Shown: in pieces, positions 28,323 through 38,500 of the stretch | Numbering within the stretch: the first letter of the stretch is position 1 | Layout of the letters: every line of letters starts with the position of its first letter | Assembly: GCA_000092065.1 (NCBI GenBank) | Contig: CP000592.1 | Length of the DNA stretch: 64,000 nt | Strand: one strand, 5' to 3' | Source of the DNA: Ostreococcus lucimarinus | Lineage: Eukaryota | Position numbers and translations under genes: made by a program | The notes under the pieces: model-generated | What the model was told of the DNA's origin: nothing | Seen by the model: the letters and a program-made list of their open reading frames with translations, nothing else | Database searches by the model: none

Positions 28323-31294
28323 ATGATTGGAGGAGACGGGCGCGCGCGTCGAACGCGCGTCTCGTCTCCATCGTCGGCGTCCCATCGCTCGCATCGCGGT
28401 AGCGCCCATTCGCGCGTCGCGCGTCGTACGCGTCACGCTAATATTTCCCGCCATTCGTTCGCGCGAGGAGGAGGCGACGTCGCCGAATCGAAACCGACGC
28501 GCGCGCCTCTGCGCGCCTCCTTCTCACCCGACACGTCACTTCGCGTCGTCGTCGTCGTCGGATCGCCGGTCGAGGCGATGCCCGGGGACGACGCCGGGCA
28601 ACGCGCGCGGTCGAACGGCGCCGGAGAGGACGTCGCGCTCGCCCAGCGCGCGTGTCCGCAATCGTGGCGCGCGTACTTTCCCGACGTTTCCTACGAGTTT
28701 AACGACCGCCGCGCCGAGCTGAGCCGGGCGCTCACGACGTTCTTCGCGTCGACGAGTGGGAAGGCGTTCGTGAGAGATGTGCGTCGAGCGACGAGGCGAG
28801 GCGATCGCGCGGACGAGGTCTTGAATGAGATGACTGACGACAATTTTGAACGCGCGCGCGACAGGTGGAACTCTTCGACGAAGGAACGATCGCGGTGACG
28901 ATCGATTACGCGAAGCTGCGGGAGAAGACGCAACACATAAGTGATTTACACGCGGCGTTGACGTGCGCGCCGATGGAGTGCATGGCGTGCTTGCGTTGCG
29001 CGGCGCACGAGGCGACGCTGGCGAGCGCGGAGGGACGAGCGAGGCTGCAGGACGCGTACGGGATTCCAGCGAGTGATTTACGCGTCGTGACGTCGATGAC
29101 GACGTGCGTGAAATTAGTGAACTATGAGGAGAGCAAGGTGAGATTCGCGGCGATGCGGAGTAACGTGGTCGGGCGAGTGGTGAGTTTGAAAGGGACGGTG
29201 ACGCGCGCGGCGCCGATAAAGCCCGCGGTGACGCACATGGTGTTTGTGTGTCAGACGTGTCAGGAGCGGTCGAGGTGCACGTTCAAGGATGGGAAATATC
29301 GTCCGCCGTTAGTGTGCTCGACCGAGCGATGTCGAGGGAAGAAGTTTGTGCACGAGTTGAGCAACGTGGAGTGCGCGGATTCGCAACGCGTTCGAATACA
29401 AGAAATCGCCGACGACGGGGTGATGAGCGAGGAGGGACGCGTACCGAGATTTATGGATTGCGAGTTGCGAGGCGCACTGACGGATTCATGCGCCCCAGGA
29501 GACGTGGTGACGATGCTGGGGGTCGTGGAGAGCGATACGGTTGACGGCGGCGGCGGCGGCGCGCTCGCTCGGGGACGCAACCAGGCGCTCAGCGAGTTGT
29601 ACTTGAACGCATGGTCTTGCACAGTGTCGCGTGGCAAAGGTGACAGCGAGGATGCATCTGGTAGAAACGATGAAAATAATGGCGGTGCGGCGAACGCCCC
29701 GAATGGTACCGTGGACGCAACCGCGAACGATGAAGCCGTGGCGGACGATGGCGCGACATTGGGAAGTAAAAGGTTTAAAGTGAGCGACAAGCAGGCACGA
29801 ACGAACGGAGAAGACGACGTAGAAACGACGACGGCACCGACGTTGTCTACACAAGATTTAGAGTTCATCGCAGATTTCAGTCAGCAAGATGGGGAAGAAA
29901 TCGTGCGAACGCTCGTGCACTCTCTGTGCCCTCAAATCTTTGGTCACGACGTTGTCAAGCTCGGACTCTTGCTTTGCCTCTTTGGCGGTGTGCGCAAATC
30001 TGTCACCGGTTGTGGAAAAGTCCCTACCCGTGGGTCTTTACACTGCCTCGTCGTCGGCGATCCGGGTCTCGGGAAGAGCCAAATGCTCAAAGCCGTGTCA
30101 AATCTCGCGCCGCGATCGATTTACGTGTGCGGTCGAACCGTCTCTGCCGCCGGTCTCACGGCGGCCGTGGTGCGTGATCCGGGGACCGGAGCGCAAACGT
30201 TCGAAGCGGGTGCCGTAGTTCTCGCTGATCGAGGCGTGTGCTGCGTCGACGAGTTTGACAAGATGCCAAACGAGCATCAAGCCTTACTCGAAGCTATGGA
30301 GCAGCAGAGCGTCTCGGTGTGCAAAGCCGGCCTCAACGCCACGCTTCCCGCGCGCACGTCCATCATCGCCGCGGCGAATCCCGTGCAAGGGCATTACAAT
30401 CGCGGGAAAACCGTGAATGAAAATCTGAAAATGTCCGCACCGTTACTCAGTCGATTCGACTTGATTTTCATCTTGTTGGACACCGTCGACGAAGTCTTGG
30501 ACGAGCACTTGAGCGAGCACGTCATCGCGCAGCACAGTGGTAGACACAGCCAAGCGCGTCGCGCACAAGCGCGACAAAACTTGCACGCATACTATAACGA
30601 GGTAGATGCCGATGGACGAGCGTTGGAGGACGCCACAGAGCGCGCGTTCACGCAAGATTTGCGCGACGACGCCGCGCCGTACGTTCCGCTACGTTCGCGT
30701 TTGCGCGTCGTCGACGAGGCCATGGAAATTCTGTCGCACGACGTCATGCGGAAGTATATTTCTTACGCTCACGCGTACTGCCATCCCAGACTCACCGGTG
30801 AGGCTGCCGAGATATTGCAAACGTTTTATCTCGAGCTGCGCTCTCGAGCGCCCGCCGACGGTACGCCGGTGACAGCTCGCCAACTCGAATCCCTTGTGCG
30901 GCTCGCCGAGGCTCGCGCGCGCCTCGAACTTCGAACCGAGGTCACCGCAAACGATGCCAAAGACGCCGTGGAAGTCATCAAAGCTTCTCTCATCGACGCA
31001 CTGAGTGATCAGCACGGGCGTTTACGTTTCAACCGCGCCGGCGGGAAATCAACCAAGCGGAGCAAAACGAAACTCTTCATCGAAGCCATGAACGCGCGTA
31101 CGGCGTCCAACGACTCGGCTTACTTCAGCATCGGCGACCTCCACGCCCTGGCCGACGATTTAAACCTCGGTATCGCCGACATCGACGGCTTCATCGAAGG
31201 TTTAAACATTGCCGGCGAACTCCTCAAATGCGGGCGTCTGTACAAGAGCGCGAGCGCGTCGTCCGCGGAGACCCCGGGCAAGCGTCGACGATGA
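28323..31294 (+). CDS. MCM8: DNA helicase MCM8; join(28323..28769,28865..31294)
   Basis: The main ORF has the MCM AAA+ core (Walker A GDPGLGKSQML, arginine finger SRFDL, IDEFDKM) and an MCM8-specific N-terminal region with a zinc finger. The upstream-frame ORF encodes the MCM8 N-terminus (QSWRAYFPDVSYEF..TTFFAS). They are joined by a 95-nt intron: donor TTC|GTGAGA, GATGACTGAC branch point, acceptor GACAG at 28863-28864. Confidence 0.85.
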
Positions 31295-31531
31295 CGCCGC
31301 GCCGTCCGCCGCGCGCGAACGACCACCATCGATCACCCTAGACGAAAACACCCCCCACGACCGCGCGTCAGCGCACTCAATCATTAGCGGAACGAAACGA
31401 CGACTAGACGTAGCAGCCAACCCCGCGTTCGCCTTCCCGCCGCACACCTCGGCGCGCGCGACCGTCGCGTTCGCGCTCGGTCGACGCGACGCGTCTCTCG
31501 CGCGCGTCTCGCGCGCGTCTCGCGCGTCGCC

Positions 31532-32467
31532 ATGTCCACCGCCGTCGTCGCTCGACCGCGCGCGCTCGACCTCTCGAGGTCGTCCCCGCGCGCGCTTCGC
31601 GCGCGCCCGCGCGCGCGACGCGCCGAAGCGACCGCCGCCGCCTCGTCGTACGACGGTAAAACCGTCGTGTGCACGCGCGAGCGCGGTAAGAACGGCGCGC
31701 TGATGAACCTGCTCGCCGCGAGAGGCGCGCGGTGCGTCGAGCTGCCGCTCGTGGAAGCCGTCCCGGGCGAAGACGCGGCGACGTTTCCCGACGTGCTGAA
31801 GCGCGAGAGCTGGGATTGGGTGTGCGTCACGAGTCCAGAGGCGGCGAAGGTATTTTTAGAGGCGTACGAGAGGGCCGGTAGGCCGAGCGGGGTGCGAGTG
31901 GCGGTCGTCGGCGCCGGGACGGGGAAGGTGCTCGCGAAGGCGGAGCCGACGACGTTCGCGATGGATAAACAGTTCACCCCGAGCAAAGCCACGGCGGCGA
32001 CGATGGCGGCCGAGTTACCGTGCGATCAGGGGTCGTTGATACTGTACCCGGCGAGCAAGAAGGCGGCGACGACGCTGCAGGATGGATTAGAAGCGCGCGG
32101 GGCGACGGTGGTGCGCCTGAACACGTACTCGACCGAGCGCGTCGAGCGACTGAGCCCCGAGGACGTCGCCGCCGCCGTGCGCGCCGACGTCGTCACTTTC
32201 GGAAGCCCCAGCGCCGTTCGCGCCTGGGTCGAGCTCTGCGGCGACGCCCTGTACGAGCGTCTCACCGCCGACGCGCGCGCGCTCCAGCCCGCCTACGTGT
32301 GCATCGGCGAAACCTCCGCCGAGGCGTGCGCCAACTGCGAGCTCCCCGACGTCTTCTACCCCGAGCTCCCCGGCATCGAGGGCTGGGCCGAAACCGTGTT
32401 CCTAGCCCTGGACATGCCCGTCGACGACCGTTGGGACGGCGTCGATCTCACGCGCTACCGCGCCTAG
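31532..32467 (+). CDS. UROS: uroporphyrinogen-III synthase (HemD) with N-terminal transit-like extension
   Basis: This has the HemD fold pattern (VVCTRERGKNGALMNLL..WVCVTSPEAAKVFLEAY..VAVVGAGTGKVL..LILYPASKKAATTLQDGL). The Arg/Ser/Ala-rich N-terminus suggests plastid targeting. Confidence 0.8.
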   Translation: MSTAVVARPRALDLSRSSPRALRARPRARRAEATAAASSYDGKTVVCTRERGKNGALMNLLAARGARCVELPLVEAVPGEDAATFPDVLKRESWDWVCVTSPEAAKVFLEAYERAGRPSGVRVAVVGAGTGKVLAKAEPTTFAMDKQFTPSKATAATMAAELPCDQGSLILYPASKKAATTLQDGLEARGATVVRLNTYSTERVERLSPEDVAAAVRADVVTFGSPSAVRAWVELCGDALYERLTADARALQPAYVCIGETSAEACANCELPDVFYPELPGIEGWAETVFLALDMPVDDRWDGVDLTRYRA

Positions 32468-32485
32468 CGTTCGCCTCCGTAGCCG

Positions 32486-32821
32486 ATGTCGCCGCGAGCC
32501 GCACTTCAGCGCGCCATGTTCGCCCTCGCGTCCGCCGTCGCCCCCCCGATCGCGCGCTTCCGCATCAACCGCGCCCATTCCCGCGCCGTTCGCTGTCGCG
32601 CGGCGTCCTACGACGCGCTCTCGGGCTATCAAAAGAACCGCATGGCGCAGGCCAAGACGGATGCCGATTGGGCCGCCATCGAAAAAGACGTCCCCGGCGC
32701 GCGCGCGATGCACGCCGCGGCGCAGAGAACGACCCAGGCGCAGAGCACGACCAAGACCGATCCCATGGACCAGCTCTGCGCCGACGATCCGGGCGCGATC
32801 GAGTGCAAGGCGTTCGATTGA
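32486..32821 (+). CDS. small hypothetical protein (111 aa) with presequence-like N-terminus
   Basis: An ATG ORF begins only 19 nt after the UROS stop. It has strong GC3 codon bias and a non-degenerate amino-acid composition, unlike the Arg/Ala-rich artefactual ORFs. I do not recognise the family. Confidence 0.35.
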   Translation: MSPRAALQRAMFALASAVAPPIARFRINRAHSRAVRCRAASYDALSGYQKNRMAQAKTDADWAAIEKDVPGARAMHAAAQRTTQAQSTTKTDPMDQLCADDPGAIECKAFD

Positions 32822-32930
32822 TTCGATCGATGCGATCGCGTCGAGGCGCCAGCGCTGGCGTCGATCATCGTGATTTTTATTATTATTATACGGAGCATGC
32901 GCGCACACGAGACGGTTACGAAGAATTATA

Positions 32931-35501
32931 ATGTTATTGCTACTGTTTGTACATAGCTCCGTTTGTCCGAAATTCGTTACACGGCGCGCCGGTGCCCATC
33001 GCGACGACCGCGATCCGCCGCACTCCGCGGCGCGACGTCGACGATGTACTACGGCGCGCCGTCGAAGCGGGTGCGCGGACGCGCGCGCGACGACGACGCG
33101 CGACGACGCGCGAACGAACGCGCGAACGGGACGAGCGTCGACTGACCGAGATACGAACGACGCGCAGGGCGTCCCGACGGACATCGCGAGCGCGCTGCAC
33201 GCGCACGCGAGCGAAGCGCTCTCGCCCGACGACGCCGACGGCGCGGCGGGAGATTTCGCGGAGACGCAGCGGCTGCGCGACGCGGCGACGACGAGCGCGA
33301 ACGAAGGGAGCGAAGACGTCGAGGCGTTCGCGGAGTATTATCGCGCGCTGCGAGCGTTGGAGTCGAGGATACCGATATCCGAGGGCGCGGGACACGCGAG
33401 GGTGGAGTTTGAGTGGTTCGACGTCGGTCGAGGGGTGAAGGCGGCGCCGGGGACGATCGCGTCGAGGGACGCGGAGTACGAAAAGTGCGCGGTGTTGTAC
33501 AATTACGCGGCGGCGTTGTCCAGGCGAGGGGCGCGAGAGGCGAACGCGGGAAGGTCGGATGAGGGGATAAAGCGCGCGTGTGCGGCGTTTCAGCAGTCCG
33601 CGGGAGCGTTTGAGATGTTGGCGGATGTGAGCGAGCGAAAGCTCGGGCAGTTTGCGGCGAGCGCCGACGTCGGGCGAGATTTTTGTGAGACGATGATCAA
33701 GCTTCACTTGGGGCAAGCGCAAGAGTGCTTTTACGAAAAGGCAAAGGCAAAGAAGAGCAGTCACGCTATAGTCTCGAAGTTGGCGCAACAGGCGCGAGTG
33801 TACTACGAAGACGCGTTGGAGGGGGCGGGGAAATTGGTTGGGTACTTGGACGAAGACTTGACGCAATACTTGAACTTCAAGCGCGCGTACGTCGGTGCGG
33901 AGGCGTTTCGACTCGCCGGAAAGATCGTGTTAGACGCCGACGAAACAAACGTCGGACCCGCTGTCGCGAGATTGCGTCAAGCGCGAGATTTACTCGCGCA
34001 GACGATTCGAGACGCGCGCGTCGTGTCGAGCGACGCTGAACTCGAGCGAACGAAAAAATTTATAGACGAAGTCATCGCGCCCGAACTCAAGGCTGTCGAG
34101 CGCGATAACGAGTGCGTGTACATGGAACGCGTGCCAAAGTTTGAGGATTTGCCCGCGCTCGCGGCAGCGAACATGGTGAAACCAATTCAACCGCCCGCCG
34201 AACATCTCTCTCCAGTCGACGTGAAGCTCTTCCAAAGCATCGTTCCCGACAGCGGCGCCAAGGCACTGAGTCGGTACACCGAGATGGTGGATGAATTGAT
34301 TCGAAACGAAACCGACACGCTCGCTATGGCTAGTGACGAAGCCCGCGTGGCTTTGCGCGAGATGGAGCTTCCCGAAACTCTCATCGCTTTGTCGACGCCC
34401 GTACCGCTCGGCGGCGATTTAGAAGAACGAGTCGGCGCATTCCGCTCATCCGGGGGCGCGGGTGCGTTATCGGCAAGTCTCTCTCGCGTGGACGAGCTCA
34501 ATCGTCAATGCTCAAATATCGTGCAAACAATTCGTGAGACTTTGGACACAGAGGCCGCGGAAGATGCCGCATCGCGCGCTGTCCACGGCGAAGGCGCGTG
34601 GCGTCGGGAAGCGTCGTCGTCCAAAAATAGAGAAATGATGCAAGTGTTGAAGCGCTACGAGGTCGATTTAGAAGTCGCGACGAAGAGCGATACCCAACTT
34701 AAAGAACGCCTTGAAGGCGCTGGAGGCGTGCTGGAGGTGCTTTCTGAGGAGAACATCAAGAATAACGCGCCGACGTTGACTCAACCCTTGGCGCTCTTGG
34801 AGGATGACGCCTCCGTGGCGTCGGAAATGCAAGCAACTTTGGAAGATCTCGAAGCCATCGGAAACGAGCGAGCTGGGATCGAAGAGTTGATGCGTAAGAC
34901 AAAGTCGGAAGACAACATCCTCACAAAGCTCATGGCGCAATCGGGCGAAAGTCTCGACGCTCTTTTCAAAGAAGAGATGAAGAAATACGACCAAAGTAAG
35001 GATGGCGTTATGCTCAACATTTCAAAGCAAGCGGACGCGCTCTCTCGTTTGCGCACGTTGCACGAAAAGTTCGTCACGATTTACGACATTGAAGCACTAC
35101 GACGGGATGTTGAATCGCACGAGCATAGCGTACGCCACGCATTGTCTATTGTCGGCGATTTGCGCTCAGGAATGGAGCAAGGCGTTCGATTCTATTCGGG
35201 ATTTCTTGACGCAGCGCGTCGCACGCTGACGGACGTTCAAGAGTACGCGAGTGCGCGTCGACTGGAAAAAGAAGCGATCGCCGAAGAGCTGCGCGTTCAA
35301 AAAGCACGCGCTGACGAGCGTGCGGCGCAGATGGCTACTCAAATGAACCAGATGCACTTTCACCAGCCGCCGCCTCCGCCGCAACAGTACTACCATCCTT
35401 CGGCCCCCGCGTATCCTTCGCCCGCCTATGGCGCTCAACCCCCGCCTCCTCATTGGCAAAACCAGCCAGGAAGGTATGCGAACTGGGAAAATCAATCTTG
35501 A
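32931..35501 (+). CDS. ALIX: BRO1-domain protein ALIX/PDCD6IP-like; 5' boundary uncertain
   Basis: BRO1 and V-domain signatures are present (YYRALRALESRIPISE..VEFEWFDV..CAVLYNYAAAL..MIKLHLGQAQECFYEKA..SKLAQQARVYYEDA). The C-terminal Pro/Tyr-rich tail (PPPPPQQYYHPSAPAYPSPAYG) resembles ALIX. The first about 80 codons after ATG 32931 are AT-rich and junk-like, and no in-frame ATG lies near the BRO1 start, so an upstream exon or different start is likely. Confidence 0.8.
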   Translation: MLLLLFVHSSVCPKFVTRRAGAHRDDRDPPHSAARRRRCTTARRRSGCADARATTTRDDARTNARTGRASTDRDTNDAQGVPTDIASALHAHASEALSPDDADGAAGDFAETQRLRDAATTSANEGSEDVEAFAEYYRALRALESRIPISEGAGHARVEFEWFDVGRGVKAAPGTIASRDAEYEKCAVLYNYAAALSRRGAREANAGRSDEGIKRACAAFQQSAGAFEMLADVSERKLGQFAASADVGRDFCETMIKLHLGQAQECFYEKAKAKKSSHAIVSKLAQQARVYYEDALEGAGKLVGYLDEDLTQYLNFKRAYVGAEAFRLAGKIVLDADETNVGPAVARLRQARDLLAQTIRDARVVSSDAELERTKKFIDEVIAPELKAVERDNECVYMERVPKFEDLPALAAANMVKPIQPPAEHLSPVDVKLFQSIVPDSGAKALSRYTEMVDELIRNETDTLAMASDEARVALREMELPETLIALSTPVPLGGDLEERVGAFRSSGGAGALSASLSRVDELNRQCSNIVQTIRETLDTEAAEDAASRAVHGEGAWRREASSSKNREMMQVLKRYEVDLEVATKSDTQLKERLEGAGGVLEVLSEENIKNNAPTLTQPLALLEDDASVASEMQATLEDLEAIGNERAGIEELMRKTKSEDNILTKLMAQSGESLDALFKEEMKKYDQSKDGVMLNISKQADALSRLRTLHEKFVTIYDIEALRRDVESHEHSVRHALSIVGDLRSGMEQGVRFYSGFLDAARRTLTDVQEYASARRLEKEAIAEELRVQKARADERAAQMATQMNQMHFHQPPPPPQQYYHPSAPAYPSPAYGAQPPPPHWQNQPGRYANWENQS

Positions 35502-35591
35502 TTACGAAACGCAGCATTGTACAATGTTTACAGTCTCTACGAATCTCGTCTAAAAAAGCTAGCGTAAAGTAGCGTTGTGAGAATCTCATCT

Positions 35592-38500
35592 TTAGGAGAG
35601 ATCAAAGCTTCCTTGCCCCTCGCTCATCGCGTAAGTTAAACGTTCCAGCATGATTTCCTTGCATGAGTACGGCGGAAGCTTTAAGTAACTCGCGCAAGTC
35701 ATCGCAGAAGGCAAGTCGCCGTCCGCCAGCGGCGTTCCGGCCGCGACGGGAGCAGAGTCGATGGATGACAAACCAACCGTTGAGGAAGGTTGCTTGCAAA
35801 CCACAGTGAGACGCGGTTGAAGTGACGCTAGGCCGCCAGGAGGAAGCCTCGGTGCACCAGTGACGAATCGCATGAATGACCGTTGTTGATTCGGCGTGAA
35901 AGCACTGAGAATGTCACAGAAGTTCTTGATCGGCGGAGAAAGCGCATTGTAGCCGTGATCAAAAGTAATGCACTCGGTGAGCATTTCTGGCGTCCACTGT
36001 TCACCTTGTCCGCAAATGACTGCTTCCAGTTCGCTTTCGTTGAACATCTGCAGCCTAGCGAGAGGAACGACTTGTTCCAAACCAGTACGAACTGATTCAA
36101 AATAAGCCGCGACGCCAGATCCTACGCACGCGTCGACGATGGTGTCCACGTACTCTCGCAAGTTGACCTCGTTCACGCCAACTTCCGAACCACCCTTGAT
36201 GAGTTCCATGGAAGCTCCCGGGATGACAAACGTGAGACACAGGTCTTCGATATTCACTCCGTCAACAGTGACGTTTCTCCATTCACTTTCGGGTCGACCT
36301 TCGCGCTTCATGGTCTCGATCTCATTCGCGGCTGCGTCGAGTCGTCGCAACGTGTTTCCGAGACCAGGATCAATTTCGATGAGATCGTGGAGTCCCAGCG
36401 ATCGCCCGAGAAGCATTCGATAAAACGCCGGCGCCAGAGGTAAATCTAGCATTCGACCATCTTGTAAAACTTTGCCTATCGATTGACCAAGAAGTTTGAA
36501 GTTCTTCAGACGACTTGCGTGAGTCTTGCCGCCGAGCCGAGGCGGGGTGATTGGCGCCGGGAACAAACCGTGAGGAGCTACGACGAGATCATCCTCGTTT
36601 GCCACACCAGAGTCCCGCCAGAGATTCAACTTGCGACGCTTGAACTGCTTCGATAGCAAGGTGAAGAACTCAAGCGTTGGTCCAGTACCAGTGCCCACCT
36701 CTTCGAAAAACTCGACCTCTAGCACCATCTTGAGCGTGTTTGGAATGTCGAACACCTTCTTTGCGCTTTCGAAGATTTGCCCTCGATTCACTCGGACTTT
36801 TTGTCGCTGTAAACGACCGATTCGAATTTCGCGTCCACCATCTGTAGTTACCGCCCCACTATCGCTCCCATTGCCATGGAGGTGATGGAGCGTGCGAGAC
36901 AGAGAAAAGGAGACGCATTTGAAGAGCTTGTGACGAAGCTCGAAAGGGAACAACCAAGGGCAGACTCGAGCGAGTGCAGTGCACCACGTCGGCGTCGCTG
37001 ACCCGCAAAGCGTCAAAGTATCTTGCAACTGACGCGCGAGCTTTCCAGTGAGCTTTCCATGAATGAACGATTCTTCAGGCAACGAAACATTGCGAGCCGT
37101 AACGAGCGGTTCGTCGCCGTCCAAGAGTAAAATGCGAGACGCTGAAGTGCTCATTTCGTGCAAGACGCTCAAGACGACGAGAAGGTCATTGAACTGCGGA
37201 GACGCATCTTCGTTCGCCACGGCAACTTTCAACCTATCGCAGAGAGCGGGAACAAGAGAGCCAAGCGCCGCTCTGTATTCGCTATTGCCTAACTCAGCAA
37301 TGGTTTCATTCATCTTCGTCGCGTCGTCCTTTGAGTCGTCCACCACGCCGCCGAGTTGCAGAGGCATGGGAACGATATCCGAGGACTTTGCGGCCCGATA
37401 CACAATCGTATTTGTCTTTTCCCAGTTCGTTTCAGTCATCGTCATTCCTTCCTTGCGCGCGATCGTGGAGATAGCTTGCAGCAGCGTCGTCGCCGAGTTC
37501 AACTCTTCGCCATTCACTGAGAACACGAGTCGATTTGTCTCGTTTGCAGCGGCAGCTCGAGCTGCGAAAGAGTCTGATCGATTCGGTTCCTGCGCATCAT
37601 CTTCCAGTTGTGGATCTTCCTGTTGAATATCTTCGTTCGTCAAATCCAATTCTCGACCATCTGCCTCTCCATCGTCTCCCAAAACGGCATCCTCGTCGTC
37701 CTCGCTCATTTCCTCATCCTCGTCGTCATCCTCGTCATCCTCGTCGTCGTCATGCTCCATCTCTGGCGGGGGCGATAACCGAGACGACCTTCGAGGTGGC
37801 GCAGGAGCACCTCTCAATTTATACACACGAGGATACAAGAAGTCTTCAATCGCGCTCAGCGTCGCGAATGGCTCCACCAACACGACGTTGTTTGAGTAAT
37901 CGGTGAAATTCTCCGCGCCCTGATTCGCGCGCTTGAATCTCACCTTGAACGGTCGGACTAAGCCAGCAAGATTGGAGTCATCTCCGGAGCTATCGCGACC
38001 ACGTCGAGCGAACGACGGTTGAATCGTCGTCACAGCGATCGACAAGTCTTCGCACGATGCCAAAGCGTCTGAAAGATGCCTAATCAGGCTTGCAAACGCG
38101 CCTGTATTTTTTGTACGTCCGGCTGCCTTGATGAATGTCGCATACCTTCTCACGAGCGCTCGCGTATCCTTCCAATCTCGCGGAACAAGATACTCTCTAA
38201 GTGCGGTAACGGCATCGCTCTCTAAAAGCTCGAACGTACTGGCATTGGAGACAGACTCTAAGAACTCAACCACAGAGGTGGCGTCGCCAGTCATTCGCAG
38301 GGTCGCGCTTGCTCGTCGTAGACGATCCACACTTGGATCTTCCGCGTCAGCTAACTGCTCCGCATTGACGAAAAACTTTTCATACACTTGCCTTGCACGT
38401 GCCAGTGCTTCTCGATATTCCGGACCATCCGTCGTCATAGCCGCCGCGCGCGCGGCGATGCCTCGCGAGCCACCGCCGAGCGCTGGAACGAGTCCAACGG

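Noticed and set aside
32931-33170. First about 80 codons of the ALIX ORF as genuine N-terminus
   Set aside because: The translation is Arg-rich and junk-like and begins in AT-rich, probably intergenic, sequence. BRO1 homology starts later. The real start is probably a different exon or ATG and is left unresolved.
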